A DNA stretch of 63,920 nt, filler included, from Licmophora abbreviata (Eukaryota), in assembly GCA_900291995.1 (NCBI GenBank). It is 12 parts of 12 records of this genome, joined end to end, with 100 filler letters (N's around TTAATTAATTAA, not from the genome) between each part and the next. Parts side by side here need not be neighbours in the genome. Positions count along the whole stretch, not along the records: positions 1 to 4,749 come from OLMU01002560.1; positions 4,850 to 11,842 come from OLMU01002562.1; 10 more parts are not named here. One strand, written 5' to 3'. Numbering within the stretch: the stretch's first letter is position 1; each line of letters starts with the position of its first letter. A program made the translations under genes and the position numbers. Positions 1 to 11,942 of this stretch are shown here, one piece after another. The notes under the pieces were generated by a model. It worked only from the letters and a program-made list of their open reading frames with translations, ran no database searches and had not been told where the DNA came from.

Positions 1-492
1 TTGAGCAGCACTGCCAAGCACTTCGCCCAAGTCAGCCGTAAGAGATTGATACTTTTCCATCACTGCTTTGTTTGTTTCCTCGACGCCCATTCGGAACGCT
101 TCCGCGATGTCATTCGAGAGATCCTCTGGGGAAACAGACTCAAAGTAGTCATCGTCGAATTCAAGAGCAGTCATCTCATAGTCCGGATTCGGGTCCATGG
201 GGTTTTTGATGGGAACATACTTGAACGTCGCAGAAACTTTTCCATCTGCTGCGCTGGCCAAGAAGTCCTGTTCCTGAAGCTCCTTATCCAAGACCTGTTT
301 TTTCTGCGCAACTTCTTGAGCCTTCTTAAACATTGCCAGCTGATCCATCATGTTGGGGCCCTTCTTCGCCGCATCCTTGCCACCCTGTCCAAACAGATTT
401 AGGTCAGTCGGCAGTCGAACGCCACTTGGCTTTGGCGCGAATGCGCTTGCGCTGCCCACAATGGCTGCTACTGTCAAAAGAGAGAACTTCAT
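1..492 (-). CDS. Plastid-targeted YbaB/EbfC-family nucleoid-associated protein (3' end runs off the window)
   Basis: Not in the ORF track. Manual translation from the ATG at 492: MKFSLLTVAAIVGSASAFAPKP...NMMDQLAMFKKAQEVAQKKQVLDKELQEQDFLASAADGKVSATF...SPEDLSNDIAEAFRMGVEETNKAVMEKY. Perfect ASAFAP motif plus the YbaB pattern KKAQE..Q..L....F...A.DG.V. Confidence 0.8.
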   Translation of the reverse strand, partial: MKFSLLTVAAIVGSASAFAPKPSGVRLPTDLNLFGQGGKDAAKKGPNMMDQLAMFKKAQEVAQKKQVLDKELQEQDFLASAADGKVSATFKYVPIKNPMDPNPDYEMTALEFDDDYFESVSPEDLSNDIAEAFRMGVEETNKAVMEKYQSLTADLGEVLGSAAQ

Positions 493-841
493 GTCGGTGA
501 CTACTCTGAAAGGCCGTTAGGCGATGTTGATGATACAAAGTACAACGCGATGATGGATGACAAAAGATTGACATGTGCTTGTTCAACGTCGCCGGCGATT
601 TCCCGCGCCATGAAATCAACACAAATCTCCTCATCAATCTCAGATCCACGTGTCACACTGTGAGCCCATCGCAGTCGCGCGATACCAGTCTGGCCTCTGC
701 TCTTCCTTTCGGCGCTTTCGCAGCCACCCAAAAACTATCCGGCATACCTCGTACTCGTATTCAATATCGTGATTGTGATTGTGATCGCCCTCATGACGCG
801 TCGACTGCATTGCGACTGTTCCAAAAACTGTATCGGCGGCG

Positions 842-3378
842 ATGGTGTTGACAACCGACATTGGCAGTCGCAAAGCTCGTCGCAAAGAAAAACGGCGCTC
901 GAGGAAGAAACGTCGGCTAGATTGCAATGATGGAACGGAGCCAGATACGAAACAACCCGCAGTGCTGTTAGGCAACAGCACTTCCCGATCGACATCTAGC
1001 GACTCGGCTGTACGCTCTCAACAGAAAGCTCGCAAACGCGGTCGACAAGAATCTGAAAAACCAGAATCGAGCGATTCTTATGCACATCTTGATCCTGATA
1101 TCGCAGCAGCTTTGAGAAACGATGACGCTGAAATTGCCGAGCTAGAGGCAAAACTTGGATTGGGACACAAGAAAGACCGCTCGCGCCTCTATCGAGAATA
1201 CTCAAAGTTGGAGGGATACGGAGAAGACTTCGGAAATTTCCTTGAGAATCTTGATGGTATCGTAGACCGTGTTGCTGGGAACGGCCCACTAGCTTCTAAA
1301 CAGATTGATAGTGATGCTGAGTCTGCCGATTACCAAGATTCATCCTCGTCTACAGATGAGGAGGTAAACCCATCATTGAAGGATTCGTATGAGCATTCAG
1401 ATGACGACGATGGCGTTCTGGTCGGCCCTGGAGTGCGTAGTCACGAGACTCAGGTTGACAGCGAAGAACAGGGAGAACGGGAGTCGGAAACCTCATTCGG
1501 GGATGATGATTGGTCGGACGAGACATTGGGGACGGAGGTCCCAGACCACAATGAAGCTGACACTACGAACCATCAACGGGCGAAGACATCTACGGACACA
1601 AGACTGATGTCCAGAACAACAATCTCCCTCCTACGAAGTATGTGCCCCCGCACCTTCGAGAGCGTGAAGGGAAGGAGGAGGAGGACGAGAGTCGCAATCA
1701 AAGGCTTCGCACGCTACGTCGATCGACAAACAATGCTCTCAATCGACTGTCGGAGGACACATTGGTCTCTGTTGCGCAGTCACTTTCGCAGCTTTACCTT
1801 TCTTACCCGACTTCAGATGTAAATGACGCGACATGGGAGAATATCAAAAACGCTTGCATCGCTTGCCCAATCGTCATGGCAGGAATGATCCCCGTCTACG
1901 TCGCATGTCTCTCTGGCGTACATTTACAAGCGGGGGACAACGCGCAGCTGGGTGGATATCTGTTAGAACAGACAGTCACAGCCTTGTGGCAAGAGCTTCA
2001 GTTAGCACGAACGGTGAAGGAGCTTGAGGGGTCGAAGGAAGCTTCCACCGAGGACTTTAGCAAGGAAGCATGTAATCTGGTTCTGGTCATGTGTTACCTG
2101 TACAACTTCAACATTGTGCAATGTACGGTTATCTACGACATCATCAGAAGCCTCATTAAGAACTTCTCGGAGCTTGACGTCGAGCTTCTCCTGCTAATGT
2201 TGAGTCACTGTGGGTTTGCGCTCCGTTCCGACAACCCAACCGCCCTCAAAGAAATCGTTCTATCTGTTCAAGAACGAGCGCTTTCGATGCAGAAGAATGG
2301 CGGAGTTAGCTATTCGAGGGTGGAATATATGGTTTCCGCTATGGGAGATCTGAAGAACAATAAGAGGCGTAAGCACGATGTCGTGCTGATTGACAAGACG
2401 CTGAAGCTGCGGAAATTGTTGGGACGGATCAAGTCTAACGTCGCCGTCAGTGGCGGTGTCCGCTCTTCCGACACATGTCTTCGCATAACTTTGGACGATA
2501 TTCTGGGTGTGGAATCCAAAGGCCGATGGTGGAAAGTAGGCGCCTCGTGGGTTGGAAACCAGTACAAGCATAGAGGAGATGGAGAAGATAGCGACGATGA
2601 TTGCGGTGAAGGTACTATTGAACATGAAACGAACGCATCCCAAGCGGAGGACGAAAGGCTGCTTCAGCTTGCGACGAAGTATCGCATGAACTCTGATGCA
2701 AAACGATCGATCTTCTGCATCATTATGGGAAGTGCTGATTGCGACGATGCGTTTGAGAAGCTCGTCCGTTCGGGAGACTTAAAGAGTCGGGCTGAAAGGG
2801 ATACTGTTCGAGTTCTCATGGAGTGCTGTGGACAGGAGAAGTCGTTTAATCCTTTTTACGCGCACCTTGCAGCCCGCATTTGTGAATATCAGATGCAGTG
2901 TAAGTTCTCGTTTCAGCTTGCCTTTTGGGATGCGTTCAAACAGTTCGACGCTCTCAAGGCACGCAAGGTCGCGAATCTCGCGAAGCTTCTCTACCACCTG
3001 GTCGCGAAACACCAGTGTCTACGGCTGAACGTACTCAAAGTGATCGACATGGCTCCTGACGAGATATCAGAGAACGCCTTGATTTTTCTCACAGTTTTAT
3101 TCTCCACGACGTTTGAATCCTTCGATGACCCCGGCGAGGTCCATCAGCTCATTTCGAACGGAATTCTCTCCGGGCGCGACTCGTCCAGTGCGAAAGACAC
3201 GTCCACCGGGGATGCCAATGACCGAGCCGCTGGTGATGGGCTACGCGAAAGTTTGTCCATCTTCTTTCTTCAAACCCTGAAGTCGAGCCCCAAGAACAAG
3301 AAGAAGTCAAAGTTTCGTGCGAACTTGAAGGCGGCTGTCAAGGCTTGTGAAACCGATGTCCTCGAATCGAAAATCTAA
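842..3378 (+). CDS. NOM1: Nucleolar MIF4G/MA3-domain protein (NOM1/Sgd1), with an apparent 1-nt frameshift near 1562
   Basis: Acidic N-terminus with DDAEIAELEAKLG. After the frame change: EDIYG...KYVPPHLR, LNRLSE, GRWWKVGASW, RMNSDAKRSIFCIIMGS, CCGQEKSFNPFY. Confidence 0.9.
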
Positions 3379-3491
3379 TGCTCGAGCAGAGTAGAGTTAT
3401 CCGCCTCGCAAACTATTAGAAGAAGTAAACGAGTTTGAAGAACTAATGTATTGTCGCATGTGATCACATACCAGGGCTAGCTTACCGAGTA

Positions 3492-4718
3492 CTAATTCGC
3501 CTGTTCGCGATGCACCTTCTTCTCGACGCCACCATCGTCCTTGGCAATTGCGGCTTTTCGGTTGGGAAGAGAAGCCAACATGGCATCTTTCCAGTTGTTT
3601 CCTAGCTGTCGATACTTTACTAGGATCTCGAACACATGGTTGGTTGTAAGTACTTTCGTCGTTACGAGCTCAAGGTAATCCGCGATAGGGAGTCGAGCTG
3701 TGGCTATTCCCAGGCTCTCCGCGCGAGTGATTGCTGCACGTTTCAGACGATTTCGATCAACAATACCACCGATAATGTAGATTTTACTGTCATCCAGCTG
3801 TTCCAGGATATTGTCCGAGTCACTCGTTAGATAGACGAGCTTTCCTTTCTCGGGGTGCATTTCGACAAGACTCTCCTCACTGCCACGAAAGGCACGACGA
3901 GCCCATTGCTCAGGATACCCTTCTACCTTTTCCAGAAGATCTCGAACCTTTCCATCAAGACTAGACACGGAGAGGTAGATCGGGTTGTCAGACTTTCGGT
4001 TTGCCGCGTAGCAGTAGCGGATCTGTGAAGCAAGGCTGCCAAGCTCCTTGCCTGTCATCTCGTCGCCAAAAGCACAGTCGATACACACCTGGGAGGCGAT
4101 TAGCGGCGATGGTCAGGTTTGATGCCATAATGCAAAGTCTAAAGGATAAAGACATGATCGTACCTGAAAGGATGAGTCGGCTGTTTGCATTCGTTGGAGC
4201 CATTTCTGATTGGGAGACGAGCAGAACATGGTTGTTCAGTGAGACAAAGGAGAATGAACATCAGATACTGGCCTCGTGTAATCATACGTGATGGGACCTA
4301 CCTCTTCCCGTTTCTGATGGCCAATGCCCGATACTGTACGCTCTTCGAGTAAGCGGTGCTCTTCTTCTAGGTCGCGTCCGGCGGCAAGTGCTTTCGCACG
4401 CTTCACTTCCTTTTGGCGTTTCTTTCGTCGAGCCTTCTGTTCCATTGCACGCTCCCATCGTTTTCGCTTCTTCAACTGACTTTTCGATAGCGGCATTTCG
4501 TCGCTAGTCGTTTGCTCAACGGCACGTTGGGAGGGATCCACACTGACGGAAGCACTCGCGGCAGCAACAACAGCGCTCTCCGAAGAGTTCAGGGTGGCAA
4601 GGCTAGCACCATGGGTATTTTCGACAAGGCCATCTGTCACTACTGCAGCGTCTTTCTGAGCTGCAAATTTCAATGAGACCGTGTCGCCTTCATTTTCTAC
4701 TCGAGGGGCGTCCATCAT
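3492..4718 (-). CDS. TRM10: tRNA (guanine-9-N1)-methyltransferase TRM10, 3 exons
   Basis: LSKSQLKK N-terminus; VCIDCAF, LVYLTSDS, YIIGGIVDRNR, ARLPI, VLTTNHVFEIL. Small middle exon KWLQRMQTADSSFQ bounded by AG/GT. Confidence 0.92.
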
Positions 4719-4749
4719 GTCAAAAGGATGGCAACAAAGGAGGCCCGAC

Positions 4750-4849
4750 NNNNNNNNNNNNNNNNNNNNNNNNNNNNNNNNNNNNNNNNNNNNTTAATTA
4801 ATTAANNNNNNNNNNNNNNNNNNNNNNNNNNNNNNNNNNNNNNNNNNNN
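4750..4849. other. Assembly spacer (N44-TTAATTAATTAA-N44)
   Basis: N runs with an all-frame-stop linker. Confidence 0.98.
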
Positions 4850-5066
4850 ATTTTCGCTTTTTTAGCGCGACCATGAGATGATGGCCACATACTATACGAA
4901 TAAATTGAAAATGCGATCGAGCACATACCGGAACATCATGAGATATTCCTTCGTTTGGTGTGCCGGGGTTCTTGACGCCATCGTTTCCATCGTCTGCTGA
5001 ACCGTTTGTTGTCTCACAGGTGTCGTCGCATGTCAAGTCCTCCTGCTCGAAGCCACGGGGACCAGC

Positions 5067-6233
5067 ATGGCTAGACGACGCTCGGCTCGGCTCAGGTCGT
5101 CTGCACCGTCACCAGCGGCGGCAGCATCAGCATTGGCGACGAAATCTCAGTGCAATACATCTTCCAAAACACGCAGTAGAGCTGTCACTCCACCAAAAGA
5201 CGAAGAATCGGATGACAGTGACATGGTACAGGACGTCTCCCTCGATATGGAAGCGGCCAAGTTGGAACAATGCGAGTACGAGATAAACGATCTTGTTGTC
5301 ACTTTCCAAACTCTCTTTCTAGAGCGACTGCAGAAAAAGCAGAATCTCGAAGATCAGATTCAGAAGGCAACGCTCGTTCTGCGTAACTGCAATGCGGAAG
5401 AAGAGAAGAGGGTTCTGGACAAGAAGGTCTGGGAGCTGGAAAAACAGGACGAGGTGGTGGGGACGGAACTGGCTGTGATTGGAGGAGGGTCAGTTGCACT
5501 CTGCCACGAAAGATTCAAAGGAAAAACACTGGAACGTCGTCTTAACCAAGGCAGACTGGGGCGATTCATATTGCGACAAGTTTCAGAAGAAGACGAAGAG
5601 TCTGGAATTCATGCCACCATGGATGACTTGTTGGCATTCGCAACTCTCCTTCTAACCAACGATGATGTGCTCGTACCTTCAGTCAAAGCTCTCCCCAAGA
5701 ACGACCCCGAAATCGAAGAGAAGTACCGATGGGGTTACTGGCCATCAAAGCACAGTGGTACTCTTTTATTCGATGCAAACTCCGCCGTGGATGAAATCCT
5801 TGTCGAGTGGTCGCGTTGCTCAACAGAAATCAACCAAGTACCCAGTCCGCGCCGCGACACCCTGCGCTCCTCTGCATCCAGAATGAGCAGGCAGAGCCAA
5901 GACGACACGACCATAAAGGCACTCAGAAGAAATATGAATAATCTCCTGATTAGCAAGGCCCTCATCGAGCTATTGAAGGGGTTGGTCTGTGATGGGCAGT
6001 GCAGAGCAACACTCTCGCATCATTGCGAGTATCAACGTCAAGTCGCTCAGGATGCGATTTCCCGTGCTCCAGATTATTCCCTTCACCCAATCGACCATGA
6101 CTACATATTGACCGGTCTCGCAAACTACTTCTGGCTGGCGTTCGCCTTTCCTTGTAAGGAAGATAGCATATTGACGTCAAAAAGGGTTGCGTTCGACATC
6201 TGCTTTGGTGACGTTGATCCGTGGTATTGTTGA
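5067..6233 (+). CDS. Hypothetical protein (basic N-terminus, coiled-coil segment)
   Basis: 388-aa uninterrupted ORF with protein-like composition; no family recognised. Confidence 0.65.
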   Translation: MARRRSARLRSSAPSPAAAASALATKSQCNTSSKTRSRAVTPPKDEESDDSDMVQDVSLDMEAAKLEQCEYEINDLVVTFQTLFLERLQKKQNLEDQIQKATLVLRNCNAEEEKRVLDKKVWELEKQDEVVGTELAVIGGGSVALCHERFKGKTLERRLNQGRLGRFILRQVSEEDEESGIHATMDDLLAFATLLLTNDDVLVPSVKALPKNDPEIEEKYRWGYWPSKHSGTLLFDANSAVDEILVEWSRCSTEINQVPSPRRDTLRSSASRMSRQSQDDTTIKALRRNMNNLLISKALIELLKGLVCDGQCRATLSHHCEYQRQVAQDAISRAPDYSLHPIDHDYILTGLANYFWLAFAFPCKEDSILTSKRVAFDICFGDVDPWYC

Positions 6234-6431
6234 TTACCAGTAGATTCGGTTTCGCAGGCGGACGGCAGTAATATAGAGTAAGTCTATATGCCTATCTTCT
6301 TATAGAGGAACAAAGAAAATGTACTAGTACGTGTTGAAAATGATCGTGTGCTCAATGCCCTAGAACTCTAGCACCACTGCCTGTCTGACACCAAAGACAT
6401 ACTCGTAGTTTTCCCAACGACGAAGGCATGT

Positions 6432-7814
6432 CTACGCCTTGGTGGCACCGTCGTCATCTTCGGCGTCTACCTTCAACGACAGACGCGATACCAGACCCAA
6501 GAGTTGAAGCAAAGTGTACACACCATCAGCAATTCGCATGTGCGCAAAGCCAATTTCGCGAAGGAACTCAAGTTTTAGTGCTTCTGGCATGTCGTACATC
6601 TTGGTGACTTTGAAGAGTGTTCCAATAATGTCGCTACAACTGTATCCCGTGCTCCACAACGACTGAATACGATTGATTGCCGTCTTCGAGTCCCCCTTGA
6701 CGCATGCTTCGATAATGGTCTTGACGGTAGTTGGATGGGGCTGGTCGCACACCTTGAACACGTTGGCTTGGTTGATGTGCCCAAAGCCAGAATAAGTCGC
6801 CTGCAAGTTATTTAGGGCGTTTCTCATGTCGCCTTCTGCCGTAAAGATAATCGCTTCAAGTCCATCGTCAGTGTATGAAACCTCTTCTGCCTCGCATACC
6901 TGTCGCAAACGAGTCAGAATCTGTTCGTCGCTGAGTCGGCTGTAACGAAGGATTGCGGCGCGAGACTGGATGGGTTCGATAATCTTGGTCGAGATGTTGC
7001 AGGCGAGGGCGAAGCGCGTTGAGTTGGAGTATATTTCCATGGTGCGACGTAGCGCCTGTTGGGCAGCACTAGTCATACTGTCGGCCTCATCGAGAATGAT
7101 GATCTTGTGTCTACGCTAGGACGAACATGATAAGGTGGTGAGCGCGTCGCAATAGACTTGTCAGTATGATGCAATACAGACCGTGGCAAAACACACGTAC
7201 CGTCCAGGGGGTAAGTTCACTTTATTCATTGCGAAACCTTTGATCTTGTTGCGTACGACCTAAATGAGGAAATGCAGTTTACAGTTGACGCACAGTGGGC
7301 TTGAGTTCACCCCTTAGTAGGTCTCAACAATGCACGACGGTATCGCTGGGTATCTCAGCATTGCTTTAGAGTATTTCTACTTACATCAATTCCTCTAGCA
7401 TCGGAGGCGTTGAGTTCGAGAACGCCATTCGAATAAGAAGATCCCAACAGCTGGCGTGCCAGTGCGTGGACGCTAGTAGTCTGCCGCGAAGTCGTGACGA
7501 ATGCAAGCGCAACAGTGGTGGTGAGACAAAAGTCTGGTTGAATCAGTGAGCAACGACTCGTCCTCTACTTCCGATTGCGTAATCCTCACCTTTCCAGTCC
7601 CCGGTGGACCGCTTAAAATAAGGTTAGGCATATTTCCGTCTTCTGCAATGGCGCGTAGTCGAACCAACGTTTCCTCGTTGCCGACGACGTCGTCCAAGGT
7701 ATCGGGTCGATACTTCTCGACCCATGGCACTTTGTGGCTGCCGTCGCTTCCTCCTGCCTTGCGCTTCAACGTCTGCTCCTCGGCATCGCCACTCTTTGCA
7801 TCAGCGGTACTCAT
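6432..7814 (-). CDS. RFC2: Replication factor C small subunit (human RFC2 / yeast Rfc4), multi-exon
   Basis: [59 protein letters not shown]. Confidence 0.95.
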
Positions 7815-7948
7815 GGTTGAGACGATTACTTCTAGCAGCGAGACAATTCCAACAGTAGTCGACTGTTATGATATGGTGTTGTGAACGCAAAGGTTGAAAT
7901 GCGGCGCATTGCGGTTTGTGTTTTGATTCTGATTCATTCATGATTGCC

Positions 7949-8099
7949 GCGCGAAATATAAGCGCGAGACCGTCACTGGGCCCGCCAAAACGTCAAAACG
8001 TCACGGTGGTGTGTCATTCTGTCTGTGGAAAAGGGGGATCCCACAGATTTTGTGTCCGACTCAATGTCTTGTCTGCTTTCTTGGACTTTTGGCGCGAAA
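7949..8099. promoter_or_regulatory. Cluster of E2F/DP-like sites in the RFC2/PIG-Q divergent promoter
   Basis: GCGCGAAA 7949-7956, CCCGCCAAAA 7981-7990 and TTTTGGCGCGAAA 8087-8099 match TTTSSCGS upstream of a replication gene. Confidence 0.5.
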
Positions 8100-8178
8100 T
8101 TCAATGTGACTGTCGTGTCTGTAGGTACACGGCGGGAAAGCAGTTTGACCATGGCAACAAGAAAAGACAGCGGGACTG

Positions 8179-9993
8179 ATGCCGACGAACTCGTCCACCC
8201 CAGCCCTCGTTCTAGCGTGGCCTGTCTCTCCAAATAGAAAAGGTACCCCGTTGGCTCCAGAAGACCCAGGGATTGTGGTCGGATGGGAATTGACAGCCCC
8301 AGCAAGGTCCGGCAACGTGTCGACTGTGACAACCATTTGTGCAGGTATCCTGAGAAGTTTGGACGTCAATTTAGCCAGTCAGGCGATTGCGATAGTAAGG
8401 AATCGACACGATGATCAGTGTGCTTGCTCCCACTGCACAGTGAAAATCCTCGGTCTGTGGGAGAGCAACTCAATCGATTCAAAACTCGCCAGATTCCAAG
8501 GATGTGCCTCGTCCGGACCATGGTGGGAAGATTATGAGCGAGAGTCTGTTACGGCGACTGAACATCGATCAAGTCAGCTCTTGCTTTATCAATGGGTCTT
8601 CGACCTAAGCCACTATCGTCATATCACCCCATGGAATGAGAGCGGATCTGCTTTCTCGACTGAACTGTGTGCCCATCTCAGTTCAGGACAACTGGTCTTT
8701 CAAGCCCTAGCTGCGCATATAGATGGAGACACGACACTAGAGCCTGCAATTGCGATTAGCGAGGAACGCGGTAAACGCAAAAACCTGGTGGATGAGGCCG
8801 TGCGCCTGGGGAAGGGAAATGACAAGGGTGAAGAAAGAAACCTATTTCGGCGTATGTCGCATTTTGCAATGGAGCGCTCCTTGACAATATTACATTGGAA
8901 ACGCTATTCGGGGCAGTCCAAAAATATTGCTCTTTCCGAGAGGCTCCCATTTATTAAGTTTCTCCTTCTACTGAATACAGAGAACTGGAATGCAGCTGAG
9001 CTCTGTGGAAACTCGAGACCGCGAGAGGAGCTAGCCCAGTCTTATACTTCGATTTTCAATCGCACGTGCTCTGTCTTTCTCGATGGCATCCTCGGTGTTC
9101 TGACCGGCCTGCTTCTGATTTGGAATTGCCGTTACATTGTCTTGGCAACTGAATCTGTGTGGCGGCTTGTCTATGATTTTACTTTAACAAATGGGGTGCT
9201 ATGGCTCGAGACCTTCCCAGCTGGCTTCAAGCTGAACGTGCCACTAACTCAGAACATGGGAAGAGAGATTACCATGCTGGTGCAGCTTCATAGTACAGCG
9301 GCATCTGTAGTTTGGAGTGTAGTCCCAAAGGAGTTTCTGGTCTTGTTGCTTGGGACCGTTTCCATACTCTTTGGATTCACGTCCCTTGCCGCATCACTAT
9401 TTGACTTGCTCTCTGTGGCGACAGCTCACATCGCCATCATCGCTACCTGCTTTCGGGCGATGCATCGGTCACAGCTGTACTTGCTAGCTTCTCTTTGGCG
9501 ACTCTTTCGTGGAAAGAAAAAGAATATTTTGCGTCGTCGTACTGACTCGATGGAGTACGATTCCATGCAGCTGTTGCTCGGAATGATCCTGTTTACAGCC
9601 GTTGCATTTCTCTTTACGACGATACTTGTCTACTATGCCTTCTTTGCGGTTCATGATCTGGCAGTCCGACTGGTTTCCTTGGTCTTGTGGATGATTTATG
9701 TTGCAGCTCGCTACAATCCTTCTGGAAAGTGCATCCTTCGCGCCCGACATCCCAAGTGGTTCACAGAGCGTGTGTATGTCGTGGAAGTAAGGCCTCTGTC
9801 GTCCGACGGGCGTGCTGCAACGTACCTTAAGACAGTGCCAAGAACATTTTCCAGTCTCATAGCTGAAGACATTTCGCCTCTGCTTGCGCCTTTTGGGCCT
9901 TGGTCACTTAGACTCCTTTGCGAGCTTCTCAGGGGTGCACCCAGTTCGTTGCTTGAGGAATGCCTCAACATCGTCTCCTCTACGGAAGATTGA
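8179..9993 (+). CDS. PIGQ: GPI-GlcNAc transferase component PIG-Q/Gpi1
   Basis: WLETFPAGFKLNVPL, LASLWRLFRGKKKNILRRRTDS.EYD..QLLLG..LFT...FLF.T; multiple TM segments. Confidence 0.92.
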   Translation: MPTNSSTPALVLAWPVSPNRKGTPLAPEDPGIVVGWELTAPARSGNVSTVTTICAGILRSLDVNLASQAIAIVRNRHDDQCACSHCTVKILGLWESNSIDSKLARFQGCASSGPWWEDYERESVTATEHRSSQLLLYQWVFDLSHYRHITPWNESGSAFSTELCAHLSSGQLVFQALAAHIDGDTTLEPAIAISEERGKRKNLVDEAVRLGKGNDKGEERNLFRRMSHFAMERSLTILHWKRYSGQSKNIALSERLPFIKFLLLLNTENWNAAELCGNSRPREELAQSYTSIFNRTCSVFLDGILGVLTGLLLIWNCRYIVLATESVWRLVYDFTLTNGVLWLETFPAGFKLNVPLTQNMGREITMLVQLHSTAASVVWSVVPKEFLVLLLGTVSILFGFTSLAASLFDLLSVATAHIAIIATCFRAMHRSQLYLLASLWRLFRGKKKNILRRRTDSMEYDSMQLLLGMILFTAVAFLFTTILVYYAFFAVHDLAVRLVSLVLWMIYVAARYNPSGKCILRARHPKWFTERVYVVEVRPLSSDGRAATYLKTVPRTFSSLIAEDISPLLAPFGPWSLRLLCELLRGAPSSLLEECLNIVSSTED

Positions 9994-11040
9994 CAGCACA
10001 TGATTGTACGTCGCAAGGAAACCCTGCTATTGATGTCTGACACATTAGATTGAGCCAGCCTTTGACGAAAATGAGCGCCCGGCATGAATTCCAATCAGTG
10101 GTTTATCGCCGCTTAACCAATCTAGTTTAACTTTCGCGCCGAGTAGGAAAGCAGTACATGTTTCCTCGTTCAAGAAATTATGTCTTTAGAAGGAGGTAGC
10201 GATCGATAGCGAAGCCATCGCATACATACGGTTGCTTATTCACGAGTAGTCGTTAACGTCTTCCGGTGCGTAGTTTACAGACGCCGATGCTGTCGGTCAC
10301 GCGTGCGTCCATCCTACATGCGGCTTCGACAGAAATAGTCGATTGATCCGAGACGAGTGAACCGTCAAAGGTTTCCTTTTTTCTACGTATACGTCATTAC
10401 AATTTCTAGGATACGCGAAAACACGATCGACCGGGCGGTGTCTCATTCATTCGTCGTCCGGGCATCTTTCACGCGCCAGCAAGGCATCATCTCTGTCAAG
10501 TGCGTACCAGACGGTGCGTCACCGATCACGCCATCAAGAATGACGTTGCTCGTACCAATACCCGAACTACAGCTTAACTTCAGTCTGGGTTACGAGCCTC
10601 TCCCCATTAGTCAGTTATATCATACTTCCTCAAGTACTCAGTAATGCACTGTTCTATACCAGTACTTCCAAAAATACGATAAGAGTCATACTAGCATGTA
10701 GCTTTCGCAGCAACACTAGAGGGCCTGCTACAAGTATTTTAAACCATTAGACACTCCTGATAAATGCTTAGGTAAAGGATTATAGAAGCATGGTTGCCCC
10801 CCTCTACAAAGCATCTCGAGATCATTCTAGGTTTGGAAGGTCCACATTTAAAAAGTGGACATGTGGGGTGAATGTAGCAAGTTGTCGCTGGAATAACGGC
10901 GCAACGCACACGGTGTGATTTTGTTCATTGCTGCGATGGTGAGTGGTGTCTGGATTCAGTCATGGAGATTGTCGAGTGTCGATCAAACGAGCACAGGCTC
11001 TCGTAGATAGAAGAAGCTTTAGAAGAAAGCTCGGATGTGA

Positions 11041-11842
11041 CTAAATCTCGTCTTTGCGGCTTCGCTTGCGGTGACGGGTGGGAGGGTCGATCACGCTGAC
11101 GGGAGATTCTTTTCCACTTGCGCCGAGCGTAATGTCGTTGCTGGCTGTGCTTGAAACGCTGTTGCTGCGAACAATGCCGCCCATTGGAGGAGGCACCCCA
11201 AACATGGCGGGACAAATCTCCTTGATCATAGAGCAGCAGTGACGCACGTCGCCATTCGTGGGTGTAAGTTGAATACAGTAGGCAAGATTGTCAAGGAATT
11301 CCTGACAAATATCTTGGGGAATCTTCATGCTGTCCTCGAGAGCCTCTAACGCACATAGGATGGCCGAGTAGGAAACAAGAGATGACTTGAAGAGAAAGGC
11401 GAACTTGGACACGCACACGGATAGCTCAGTGAGGTAGCGAGCAGTCTCGAATATCTTGCAGGCCGCGTCCTCCGGGAACATTTCGTTGTACTTGTCCTTG
11501 GGTGCCTCAGGGAAAAGGTCTAGAGCGGTCGTGAGGTAGCTGACGTTTGGTGGGGGGATTGAGGTGCCAATCAAGGGAGGCCATAATGCAGCGCTCCATT
11601 GTCTCGAGGGTGTCGACTTGGAAGAGACCACGGCTAAGTTCGACGAAAGCATCGATCTTAAGCTTCCGACGGCCACTTTCCTTGACGTCGGCTCCAGTCT
11701 CACCATGAAGCTTAAGTGCGAGGAAGAGAGAGGTAACAGCGACGAGCTGAAACTGACGGCGAGGTACAGGTTTTCCTGTATCCTTCGTCGTCTGGGAGAT
11801 CACGCGATCGATGTACGAAAGAGCCACGGACACGGCTTCGCG
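11041..11842 (-). CDS. Cyclin (diatom-specific cyclin type); 5' end lost in the gap; 1-nt insertion near 11547
   Basis: REAVSVALSYIDR...FQLVAVTSLFLALKLH...VELSRG.F....ETMERCIMASLDWHLNPPT, then ARYLTELSVC in the next frame. Confidence 0.85.
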
Positions 11843-11942
11843 NNNNNNNNNNNNNNNNNNNNNNNNNNNNNNNNNNNNNNNNNNNNTTAATTAATTAANN
11901 NNNNNNNNNNNNNNNNNNNNNNNNNNNNNNNNNNNNNNNNNN
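11843..11942. other. Assembly spacer
   Basis: N44-TTAATTAATTAA-N44. Confidence 0.98.

Noticed and set aside
1..402. Plus-strand 133-aa ORF and the many other antisense ORFs (e.g. 13117-13986, 58988-59563)
   Set aside because: Shadow ORFs opposite well-supported genes.
9994..11040. 1-kb gap between convergent genes as a possible ncRNA or transposon
   Set aside because: No tRNA/snRNA motifs, terminal repeats or credible ORF; probably UTRs.
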